From an uncultured cyanobacterium (GTDB taxonomy: Bacteria; Cyanobacteriota; Cyanobacteriia; PCC-6307; Cyanobiaceae): 64,000 nucleotides of DNA. Position numbers and translations under genes: made by a program. The stretch lies in contig CAVONQ010000014.1 in assembly GCA_963697335.1 (NCBI GenBank), positions 64,001-128,000 of the forward strand. Reading direction: 5' to 3'. Numbering within the stretch: position 1 is the first letter of the stretch; every line of letters starts with the position of its first letter. The notes beneath the pieces are model-generated. The model saw nothing but the letters and a program-made list of their open reading frames with translations, ran no database searches and was not told the origin of the DNA. Positions 18,811 through 25,938 of this stretch are shown here, in pieces.

Positions 18811-19115
18811 AAACCACGACCACTCCCTACGACGTTGCCGAGCATCTCCGCACACCTGAGGAGATGGCGGCCTACCTCGATGCCTGCATCGAGGAGGCGG
18901 ATGGAGATGCTGCCTTCATTGCCAAGGCCCTGGGCGACATTGCTCGGGCCCAAGGGATGACCCAGGTGGCCAGAGATTCCGGACTGTCCAGGGAGAGCCT
19001 CTACAAGGCCTTGTCTGGAGAGCGCAGCCCGAGCTTCGACACCATCCTGAAGGTGGTCACGGCCTTGGGTCTGAAGTTGAGCGCGAGTGTGAGAAGCGAT
19101 GCGGAAGTGACTTGA
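18807..19115 (+). CDS. Addiction-module antidote protein (HI1420-type HTH antitoxin)
   Basis: YDVAEHLRTPEEMAAYL...ALGDIARAQGMTQVARDSGLSRESLYKALSGERSPSFDTILKV. Confidence 0.92.
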   Translation: MKTTTTPYDVAEHLRTPEEMAAYLDACIEEADGDAAFIAKALGDIARAQGMTQVARDSGLSRESLYKALSGERSPSFDTILKVVTALGLKLSASVRSDAEVT

Positions 19116-19168
19116 ACATTGCAGATGCGGCGTTGGTCCGCATACGCTGGCTATGGAGATGCGACACC

Positions 19169-19258
19169 TTCGAACAAGCCCCTCGAGTGGACAGGCCGCC
19201 GTCGAGTCTGCTTCGCGAGCTATAGCTTCTTGCCTGCCACTCAGGGGCAGCGTTAGCC
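19169..19258 (+). mobile_element. attC site 4
   Basis: TTCGAAC-AAGCCCCTCGAGTGGACAGGCCGCC ... GCCTGCCACTCAGGGGCAGC-GTTAGCC. Arms are identical to attC2. Confidence 0.88.
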
Positions 19259-19307
19259 GCATCAGATGCCGAGGCTGGGTAGACTGGAGATTGTCTCTTT
19301 GGTGGCG

Positions 19308-19541
19308 GTGCCAACAATCCTGAGGAGTGGGCCATACCGGGTCTATTTCCACAGCCACGAGCCTAATGAACCTCCTCATGTTCATGTTGATCGTGATCGA
19401 GCAAGCTGCAAGATGTGGTTAAATCCTGTCGCGCTGGCCTCAAGCCTGGGATTCAAGGCGGCAGAGCTTCGAGACATTGAGCGGCTTGTGAGTGCCAACA
19501 GGGCTATGCTGGTAAAAGCATGGGAGGAGTTTCATGGTTAA
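19308..19541 (+). CDS. DUF4160 family protein (cassette 5)
   Basis: GTG start; PTILRSGPYRVYFHSHEPNEPPHVHV...KAWEEFHG. Confidence 0.85.
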   Translation: MPTILRSGPYRVYFHSHEPNEPPHVHVDRDRASCKMWLNPVALASSLGFKAAELRDIERLVSANRAMLVKAWEEFHG

Positions 19542-19794
19542 TCCTGGGGCGCGTGTCATGAACGTGAGTTCTACAGATGACGTTCTTGTTGTCGAGCTTG
19601 AGGACGGCAGAACTATTTCCGTTCCACTCGCTTGGTATCCAAGGCTGCTGCATGCGTCTCAGAAGGATCGTGATGACTGGCAAGTCGCCGGTGGTGGCTT
19701 TGGCATTCACTGGCCGACTATTGATGAGGATCTCAGCGTCGAAGGTCTGCTCCGTGGAGCACCAGCTCCCCGAGTCCGTGTGATGAGCAGCTAA
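19534..19794 (+). CDS. DUF2442 family protein (cassette 5)
   Basis: LEDGRTISVPLAWYPRL...GIHWPTIDEDLSVEGLL. Its stop codon TAA lies inside the attC inverse core. Confidence 0.88.
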   Translation: MVNPGARVMNVSSTDDVLVVELEDGRTISVPLAWYPRLLHASQKDRDDWQVAGGGFGIHWPTIDEDLSVEGLLRGAPAPRVRVMSS

Positions 19795-19891
19795 CACAGT
19801 CATGCACCTGACCCGCCACCGCAGATTCAATTCGCCCTTTGAGTTGCGTTCACCCCAGCTCTTTGCTGGCAGGTGACGGCAAGCGTTAGCC
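19789..19891 (+). mobile_element. attC site 5
   Basis: AGCTAAC-ACAGT-CATGCACCTG ... CAGGTGACG-GCAAGC-GTTAGCC. Confidence 0.75.
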
Positions 19892-19933
19892 CCCCCAAGC
19901 AGCTCGCAACCCATCAACTAGCCCTGTGTTGCC

Positions 19934-20329
19934 GTGTCCAAGACCATCCAAGCCGGCCTCACTTACTTCGCCATGGTGTTGGGTGCGGGGTTTCTACTTG
20001 GCATGATCAGGATTCCGTTCCTGGTGCCACGCATCGGCGAGCGTTGGGCGGAACTGGCGGAGATGCCCATCATGGCGATGGTCATCTACCTGGCGGCGGG
20101 AGCGATCCTTCGCCGATTCCCTGAGATTGGCTCTCCGAGCCGGTCCTTGATCGCAGGCCTGCTGGCCCTGGCGCTGATGGTGGCGGCGGAATTGGCGCTG
20201 GTCAGCGTGGTGCAAGGCATGCCACTCATGGAATTCATCGCCAGCCGAGACGTGGTGTCGGGCTCGGTCTATCTCGTTCTGCTGCTGGTGTTTGCCGTGA
20301 TGCCACGGCTTCGGCTCTCAGCACGATGA
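19934..20329 (+). CDS. Hypothetical membrane protein (about 4 TM), possibly a terminal cassette with lost attC
   Basis: Hydrophobic 131-aa ORF directly after the attC5 core. Confidence 0.75.
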   Translation: MSKTIQAGLTYFAMVLGAGFLLGMIRIPFLVPRIGERWAELAEMPIMAMVIYLAAGAILRRFPEIGSPSRSLIAGLLALALMVAAELALVSVVQGMPLMEFIASRDVVSGSVYLVLLLVFAVMPRLRLSAR

Positions 20330-20351
20330 AACCAGCTCCCTTCTGCCGGCT

Positions 20352-20804
20352 TTGAGCCTTTCTTCAGCGCCGCCCCAGTGCCTGGTGATCGGCATCGGCA
20401 ACCCCCTGCGCGGCGATGACGGCGTCGGGGCCCTGCTGGCCGAGCAGGTGGGCGGCCGTTGCATGCACCAGCTCACGCCGGAGCTGACCGCCGATCTGGC
20501 GCCGTTGCAGCGGGTGCTGTTCATCGATGCCTGGCTGGCACCAAAGCAGCCCGGCCCCGCGCCCCAGCCCCGGCTCGACCCACTGCCGGTCGCTTCGCGG
20601 CCCGCTGGCAGCGGCGCCAGCCATCACCTCGAGCCCGCCCAGTTGCTGGCGATCACCGCGGCCCTCTACGGCCGTGCCCCCAACGCCTCCTGGCTGCGCA
20701 TCCCCGCCCACAGCTTCAGCCACGGCAACGCTTTCTCCCCCCAGCTCCAGGCCTCACTGCCAGCGGCTCGCCGCCTGCTGCGTCGCTGGCTGGGGGAGTG
20801 CTGA
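20352..20804 (+). CDS. hoxW: Hydrogenase maturation protease
   Basis: LVIGIGNPLRGDDGVG, HQLTPEL, LFIDA, SHH motifs. Lies downstream of hoxH. Confidence 0.88.
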   Translation: MSLSSAPPQCLVIGIGNPLRGDDGVGALLAEQVGGRCMHQLTPELTADLAPLQRVLFIDAWLAPKQPGPAPQPRLDPLPVASRPAGSGASHHLEPAQLLAITAALYGRAPNASWLRIPAHSFSHGNAFSPQLQASLPAARRLLRRWLGEC

Positions 20805-20920
20805 GATCCAATCGGCTGGCCAGGCGGTAGTCGTTCGGCCGCGCGCTGCTCCGCCCAGCTGGCCGCGCTCGATCCTTCGTTTTCCATCCCCCAATCCGAT
20901 GAACACTCCTCAGGCACCCC

Positions 20921-21175
20921 ATGCTCGCGGTCAGCACCGCCATCTCCGGCCTTCTGGCCCTCGGGCTGGTGGCCGCCACGGGCGGCGAAGCCCTGGCCGG
21001 CAAGGCCGGCATGGAAAAATGCGCCGGCATCGCCAAGGCCGGCATGAACGACTGCGGCACCAGCAAGCACTCCTGCGCCGGCGAGGCCAAGGTGTCCGGC
21101 GACCCGGAAGAGTGGGTCTACGTTCCCACAGGCACCTGCAAGAAGATCGTGGGGGGAAAGCTGAAGAAGTCCTGA
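20921..21175 (+). CDS. DUF2282 / BufA1-type bufferin precursor (secreted, 4 Cys)
   Basis: Signal peptide then [25 protein letters not shown]...[17 protein letters not shown]. Confidence 0.88.
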   Translation: MLAVSTAISGLLALGLVAATGGEALAGKAGMEKCAGIAKAGMNDCGTSKHSCAGEAKVSGDPEEWVYVPTGTCKKIVGGKLKKS

Positions 21176-21190
21176 GCCTGCGTTGATCCA

Positions 21191-21232
21191 GGGGGCTCTG
21201 GTGTGGTGTGTCCTCCACCCTCCAGAGCCCCC
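21191..21232 (+). terminator. Stem-loop between the RiPP precursor and the MNIO gene
   Basis: GGGGGCTCTGG ... CCAGAGCCCCC, 11-bp arms with no strong U tract. Confidence 0.55.
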
Positions 21233-21257
21233 GCCCTTCTGTTGCTCTGCGCCTGCC

Positions 21258-22082
21258 GTGGCTGATTCCAACATCCAGGGCGTAGGCGTGGGCCTGCGCC
21301 CTCCCCACTACGCCGACATCCTCAGCCGCTGGCCGGCACTTCCCTGGTTCGAAGCCCTCTCGGACAATTACCTCGGCGGGGGCCTGCCCCTGCATCACCT
21401 CAGCCTCATCCGCGAGCGCTATCCGATCACCCTGCACGGGGTGGGCCTCTCGCTCGGTTCGGTGGATCCGCTCAATCAGGCCTATCTCCAGCGCCTGAAA
21501 GCGCTGGTGGATCGGGTTGAGCCCAGTGTCGTGTCGGATCATCTGGCCTGGGTGTCCCAGGGGGGCCGCTATTTCCATGACCTCGCCCCACTCCCCTACA
21601 CCGAGGAGGCCCTGGTGCACGTGGCGGAACGCATCCAGCGCGTGCAGGACTTTCTGGGGCGACAGATCCTGATCGAGAACCTCTCCCCCTACGTGAGCTT
21701 TGCCGGAGCCGACTACCTCGAATGGGAGTTTCTCAGTGAGCTGGCCCGCCGGGCCGACTGTTTTCTGCTGTTGGATGTGAATAATGTGTTTGTCAATGCC
21801 TTCAATCACGGCTTCGATCCACTCCCCTATCTCGATGCCCTGCCCGCCGAGCGGGTGAAGGAAATCCATCTCGCCGGCTATGAAGAAGAGGGCAGCTTCC
21901 TGTTCGACACCCATGGCCGCGCCGTGCAGGATGGGGTCTGGGCGTTGTACCGGCAGGCCCTGCAGCGCTTTGCGCAGGTGCCGGCCCTGATCGAGTGGGA
22001 CACCGACATCCCCTCCCTCGATGTGCTGATGGCGGAGGCTGCCAAGGCGGAGGCGCTGCGCTCGGATCGAGCCCGGCCATGA
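21258..22082 (+). CDS. DUF692 multinuclear non-heme iron oxidative enzyme (MNIO, BufB-type)
   Basis: GVGLRPPHY, FEALSDNY, LHGVGLSLGS, VSDHLAW, ILIEN, LLLDVNNVFVN, EIHLAG, DTH, IEWD. Confidence 0.93.
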   Translation: MADSNIQGVGVGLRPPHYADILSRWPALPWFEALSDNYLGGGLPLHHLSLIRERYPITLHGVGLSLGSVDPLNQAYLQRLKALVDRVEPSVVSDHLAWVSQGGRYFHDLAPLPYTEEALVHVAERIQRVQDFLGRQILIENLSPYVSFAGADYLEWEFLSELARRADCFLLLDVNNVFVNAFNHGFDPLPYLDALPAERVKEIHLAGYEEEGSFLFDTHGRAVQDGVWALYRQALQRFAQVPALIEWDTDIPSLDVLMAEAAKAEALRSDRARP

Positions 22083-22894
22083 AGCTGGCAGCGCTCCAGC
22101 AGCTCTTCGCCGCAGCGGCCCTGGGCACGGCCACTGAAGCCGAGCAGGCCCGGCTGGCCGCCCACCTGCAGGGCAGCCGGGTGCTGCCGGCCCGGCAGGG
22201 CATCGAGGCCTACCGCACCAGCGTCAACGGCAAACTGCGGCGCAGTCTTGAGCAGATCTATCCCGTGTGCCAGCGGCTGGTGGGCGAGGCGTTCTTCCAG
22301 GCCATGGCGTCTGCCTTCCTGGAGCAGAGCGTCTCCAACTCACCAGACCTGGGCGACTACGGCGCCGGGTTGCCCGCGTTCCTGGAGGAGTTCCAACCGG
22401 CCAGGAGCCTTCCCTACCTCGGGGATGTGGCGCAGCTGGAATGGCTCTGGCACCGGGCCTTCAATGCCCCGGATCAACCCAGCCTCAATCTGGAAGCCCT
22501 GGCTGCTGTGCCTCCCGAGCACTGGGATCGGCTCGTGTTCCGCTTGCCGGCCGGGGCCGCCCTGATCGCCTCCGACTACCCCATTCACCGCATCTGGGAG
22601 GTCAACACCCTCGCGGAGGCGGAGCACGACGAGATCGATCTCGATCAGGGAGGAGTGAGGATCTTGGTGTGGCGCAACGGCCACACCACCCGCCTCGATC
22701 TGCCCAGCGAGCCGGAGTGGCCGCTGCTCCAGGCCTTCGCGCGGGGATTGCCCTTCGGCGAAGTCTGCCGCCAGGGCGTGGAGATCCCCGGCGCCTCGAT
22801 CGCCGCCCTCCTGCCCCTCTGGGTGCAGCGCGGCTGGCTGCGGGAGTTCGAGCTGCAGGCTGCCGCTAGTGGATCAGAACAGGGCGATCCATAA
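22079..22894 (+). CDS. DUF2063 MNIO partner protein (BufC-type)
   Basis: ATGA overlap with the MNIO gene; AYR...LEQIYPVCQRLVGEAFF...YG...YLGDVAQLEW. Confidence 0.88.
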   Translation: MKLAALQQLFAAAALGTATEAEQARLAAHLQGSRVLPARQGIEAYRTSVNGKLRRSLEQIYPVCQRLVGEAFFQAMASAFLEQSVSNSPDLGDYGAGLPAFLEEFQPARSLPYLGDVAQLEWLWHRAFNAPDQPSLNLEALAAVPPEHWDRLVFRLPAGAALIASDYPIHRIWEVNTLAEAEHDEIDLDQGGVRILVWRNGHTTRLDLPSEPEWPLLQAFARGLPFGEVCRQGVEIPGASIAALLPLWVQRGWLREFELQAAASGSEQGDP

Positions 22895-23092
22895 ACTGCT
22901 GCGCCAGAAGGGTGTTGATGATGGCGCGCTGAGGGAAAGCGGATTTCAACAGGTGCTCGAGACACGATGAAGCGTCGCAACGCGCAGCAGCGATGCAGAA
23001 CATCAGAATGCCCAACAGCGTTAGTCTTCAACCAATCAGCCGCATGCGCTCTACAATGGTTGGCTTGTCATGAAAGAAGCCTGCTTCCAACA

Positions 23093-24796
23093 ATGTTGTC
23101 TCCATCCAAGCCATCTACCAAGCCCTGCGCAACAACCTTTGAGGAATTTGCGCGATTGGCAGACTATTCATTACTGGATGGCTTGAATGCTGATCCGGAT
23201 GCCACCGAAGATGGTGATGATCACCGGGTCAGGCAGGTCTTTTCAGGCCATTTCGTACCTGTCACGCCCACACCACTTGCCAACCCTGCCTATGTCGCCC
23301 ATAGCAGCACCTTGTTTGCTGAGCTTGGCCTGAGCGACGAGCTGGCCCTGAACAAGGACTTTCGCCAGGTCTTTTCCGGTGATCTGTCTGCCGCCCCCGA
23401 GCCCATGCATCGGGCTGGCTGGGCGACGGGTTATGCCCTGTCGATTTATGGCACCGAGTACATCCAGCAATGTCCGTTTGGCACGGGGAATGGTTATGGC
23501 GATGGTCGGGCCATCTCTGTCTTTGAAGGGGTGTTCAAGGGCCAGCGCTGGGAGATGCAGTTAAAAGGTGGCGGTCCCACACCCTATTGCCGTGGAGGTG
23601 ACGGGCGTGCCGTGTTGCGTTCCAGTGTGCGTGAGTTTCTGGCCCAGGAGCACATGCACGCTTTGGGTGTTCCCACATCGCGCTCGTTGACCCTCTATGT
23701 GTCAACATCCGAGACCGTCCTGCGGCCTTGGTATTCGCCGGAGTCCCGCTCCAGCGACCCCGATATCGTGGTGAGCAATCCTGTGGCTATTTCCACTCGC
23801 GTTGCACCATCTTTTCTGCGGGTTGGTCAACTGGAGCTGTTTGCTCGTCGTGCCCGGAGTAAGGCGCATCCGGGCGCCCTGGAAGAACTGCGCATGATCG
23901 TGTCCCATCTCATCGAGCGGGAGTATCGACAGGACATTGACCGAGGTCTTGCCTTTGTCGATCAGCTCGTTGAGCTGGCCAGGTGTTTTCGCGGCCGCCT
24001 CACCGCCCTGATCGCCAACTGGCTGAGGGTGGGGTACTGCCAGGGCAACTTCAACAGTGACAACTGCGCCGCTGGTGGCTTCACGCTCGACTATGGCCCA
24101 TTCGGATTCTGCGAGCTCTTTGACCCTGCCTTCCAGCCCTGGATCGGCGGCGGTGATCACTTCGCCTTCTTCAATCAACCCATGGCAGCCGAGGCGAATT
24201 TCCATATGTTCTGGACAGCTCTGCGACCACTGCTCGCAGACGATGCAGAAGCCTTGGACAGTTTCGACCACGTGCGTGGTGACTTTGCAGCAGCGATGGA
24301 AACGGAACTCCAAGCCATGTGGGCCGCCAAGCTTGGCTTGACCGAATCCAATCCGCCCCTTGTGACGGCATTGCTGCAGTTGATGGCGGAGACAAAGGTG
24401 GATTACACCATCTTCTTCCGCGAATTGTCTCATCTGCCAGACCAGGTCTCGGCCCTGAAAAGCAGCTTCTACGTCAACCCATCACAACAACTCGATCAGC
24501 AATGGCAGTCTTGGCTGCAACGCTGGCGCGACCTCGTCGGCAACGACCGTGATCCGGTTGAGGTGTCAGCACAGATGAAACAGGTGAACCCCAAATACAC
24601 CTGGCGAGAGTGGCTGATTGTTCCCGCTTACGAACAAGCCATGAAGGGCGACTACGCCTTGGTGAGGGAGTTGCAGGACGTTCTTTCCCATCCGTACGAT
24701 GAGCAATCGCAGGAGGTGGAAGCTCGCTACTACCGCTTGAAGCCTGAACAGTTTTTCCATGCAGGTGGCGTTTCGCACTACAGCTGTTCGTCGTGA
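23093..24796 (+). CDS. selO: Protein adenylyltransferase SelO (YdiU family)
   Basis: [49 protein letters not shown]-terminal SCSS. Confidence 0.92.
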   Translation: MLSPSKPSTKPCATTFEEFARLADYSLLDGLNADPDATEDGDDHRVRQVFSGHFVPVTPTPLANPAYVAHSSTLFAELGLSDELALNKDFRQVFSGDLSAAPEPMHRAGWATGYALSIYGTEYIQQCPFGTGNGYGDGRAISVFEGVFKGQRWEMQLKGGGPTPYCRGGDGRAVLRSSVREFLAQEHMHALGVPTSRSLTLYVSTSETVLRPWYSPESRSSDPDIVVSNPVAISTRVAPSFLRVGQLELFARRARSKAHPGALEELRMIVSHLIEREYRQDIDRGLAFVDQLVELARCFRGRLTALIANWLRVGYCQGNFNSDNCAAGGFTLDYGPFGFCELFDPAFQPWIGGGDHFAFFNQPMAAEANFHMFWTALRPLLADDAEALDSFDHVRGDFAAAMETELQAMWAAKLGLTESNPPLVTALLQLMAETKVDYTIFFRELSHLPDQVSALKSSFYVNPSQQLDQQWQSWLQRWRDLVGNDRDPVEVSAQMKQVNPKYTWREWLIVPAYEQAMKGDYALVRELQDVLSHPYDEQSQEVEARYYRLKPEQFFHAGGVSHYSCSS

Positions 24797-24842
24797 TGCT
24801 GCATGACGGCGACGGTTCATCAACGCCCCCGCCTGAACGCCC

Positions 24843-25199
24843 ATGCATGAGCTCAGCATCATGGAAGCCGTGCGCGATCAGGCCCTGGCGCAGGCCGAGC
24901 GCCACGGCGGCGGCCTGATCACCGCCATCACCCTGCGCATCGGCAGCCTGGCCGGGGTGGAGCCCGACGCCCTGACGCTGGCCTTCGAGGTGGTGATGGC
25001 CGGCACCCCTGCCGCCGCGGCGCGGCTGCTGATCGAGCCGGTGGCGGCGGAATGTTTCTGCGCCGGTTGCCAGGCGCCGTTTCCTGCCCAGGATGGGGTG
25101 TGTGAATGCCCCCGCTGCGGCGCCATCAGCCGCCAACTGCTGCGGGGCCGCGAGCTGCAACTGGCCTCCCTCGAGCTGGCCGATCCGGAGCCCTGCTGA
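24843..25199 (+). CDS. hypA: Hydrogenase nickel metallochaperone HypA
   Basis: MHELSI, CAGC...CPRC, GREL. Confidence 0.95.
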   Translation: MHELSIMEAVRDQALAQAERHGGGLITAITLRIGSLAGVEPDALTLAFEVVMAGTPAAAARLLIEPVAAECFCAGCQAPFPAQDGVCECPRCGAISRQLLRGRELQLASLELADPEPC

Positions 25200-25200
25200 G

Positions 25201-25926
25201 ATGTGCACCACCTGCCACTGCGGCCAGAGCGAACCGGCCGTGATCAGCGCCCCCGCCCCCAGCCCCCGGCGACTGGAGCTGGGAGCGGCCCTGCTCGCCC
25301 GCAACGACACCCGGGCGGCGGCCCTGCGGCAGCGGTTTGCAGCAGCAGGCCTGCCGGTGCTCAACCTGCTCTCCTCCCCCGGCTCCGGCAAAACCGCCCT
25401 GCTGGAGCGGTTGGGGCGCGAGTGGAGCGGCAGCGGCCGCCTGGGCGCGATCGTGGGCGACCTGGCCACCGACAACGACGCCCGCCGCCTGCGCGCCGCC
25501 GGCATCGAGGCAGTGCAGATCACCACCGGCCAGGCCTGCCACCTGGAGGCCGCGATGCTGGAGCCCGCGCTCGATCGCTTTGATCTGGCCGCCCTGGAGC
25601 TGCTGGTGATCGAGAACGTGGGCAACCTGGTGTGTCCGGCCGCCTACGACCTGGGCGAGAGCCTGCGGCTGGTGCTGCTGTCCGTCACCGAAGGGGAGGA
25701 CAAGCCGCTCAAATACCCCGCCATGTTCCACAGCGCCGATCTGGTGGTGATCAACAAGATCGACCTGGCCGCCGCTGTTGACTTCGACCGCGACCACGCC
25801 CGCCGCCACATCGCCCGGGTGGCGCCGGCCGCCCCCATCGTGGAGGTGTCGGCCCGCACCGGGGAGGGCATGGCCCAGCTGCGCGACGCCATCGCCGCCG
25901 GGCTGGCCGCACCGGCCCCGGCCTGA
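25201..25926 (+). CDS. hypB: Hydrogenase nickel-insertion GTPase HypB
   Basis: MCTTCHC, SSPGSGKT, ACHLEA, ENVGNLVCPA, EGEDKPLKYP, NKID. Confidence 0.95.
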   Translation: MCTTCHCGQSEPAVISAPAPSPRRLELGAALLARNDTRAAALRQRFAAAGLPVLNLLSSPGSGKTALLERLGREWSGSGRLGAIVGDLATDNDARRLRAAGIEAVQITTGQACHLEAAMLEPALDRFDLAALELLVIENVGNLVCPAAYDLGESLRLVLLSVTEGEDKPLKYPAMFHSADLVVINKIDLAAAVDFDRDHARRHIARVAPAAPIVEVSARTGEGMAQLRDAIAAGLAAPAPA

Positions 25927-25938
25927 GGCCACAGGTCC

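Larger units (their letters stand above)
13624..19891 (+). mobile_element. Integron gene-cassette array (5 complete cassettes, no integrase in the window)
   Basis: Five attC hairpins, each downstream of + strand ORFs. The GTT-start of each cassette is complementary to its own AAC end. GC is visibly lower than in the flanking hox genes. Confidence 0.88.

Noticed and set aside
15423..19258. Recurrent AAGCCCCTCGAGTGGACAGGC repeats read as a CRISPR array or IS ends
   Set aside because: They are spaced by whole genes, not 30-40-nt spacers. There is no cas or transposase gene, and the structure fits attC.
20899..20923. Upstream ATG (MNTPQAP) one base out of frame with the bufferin precursor, suggesting a frameshift in a C run
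   Set aside because: ATG 20921 still gives a complete hydrophobic signal and core. It is undecidable without reads or homologues.
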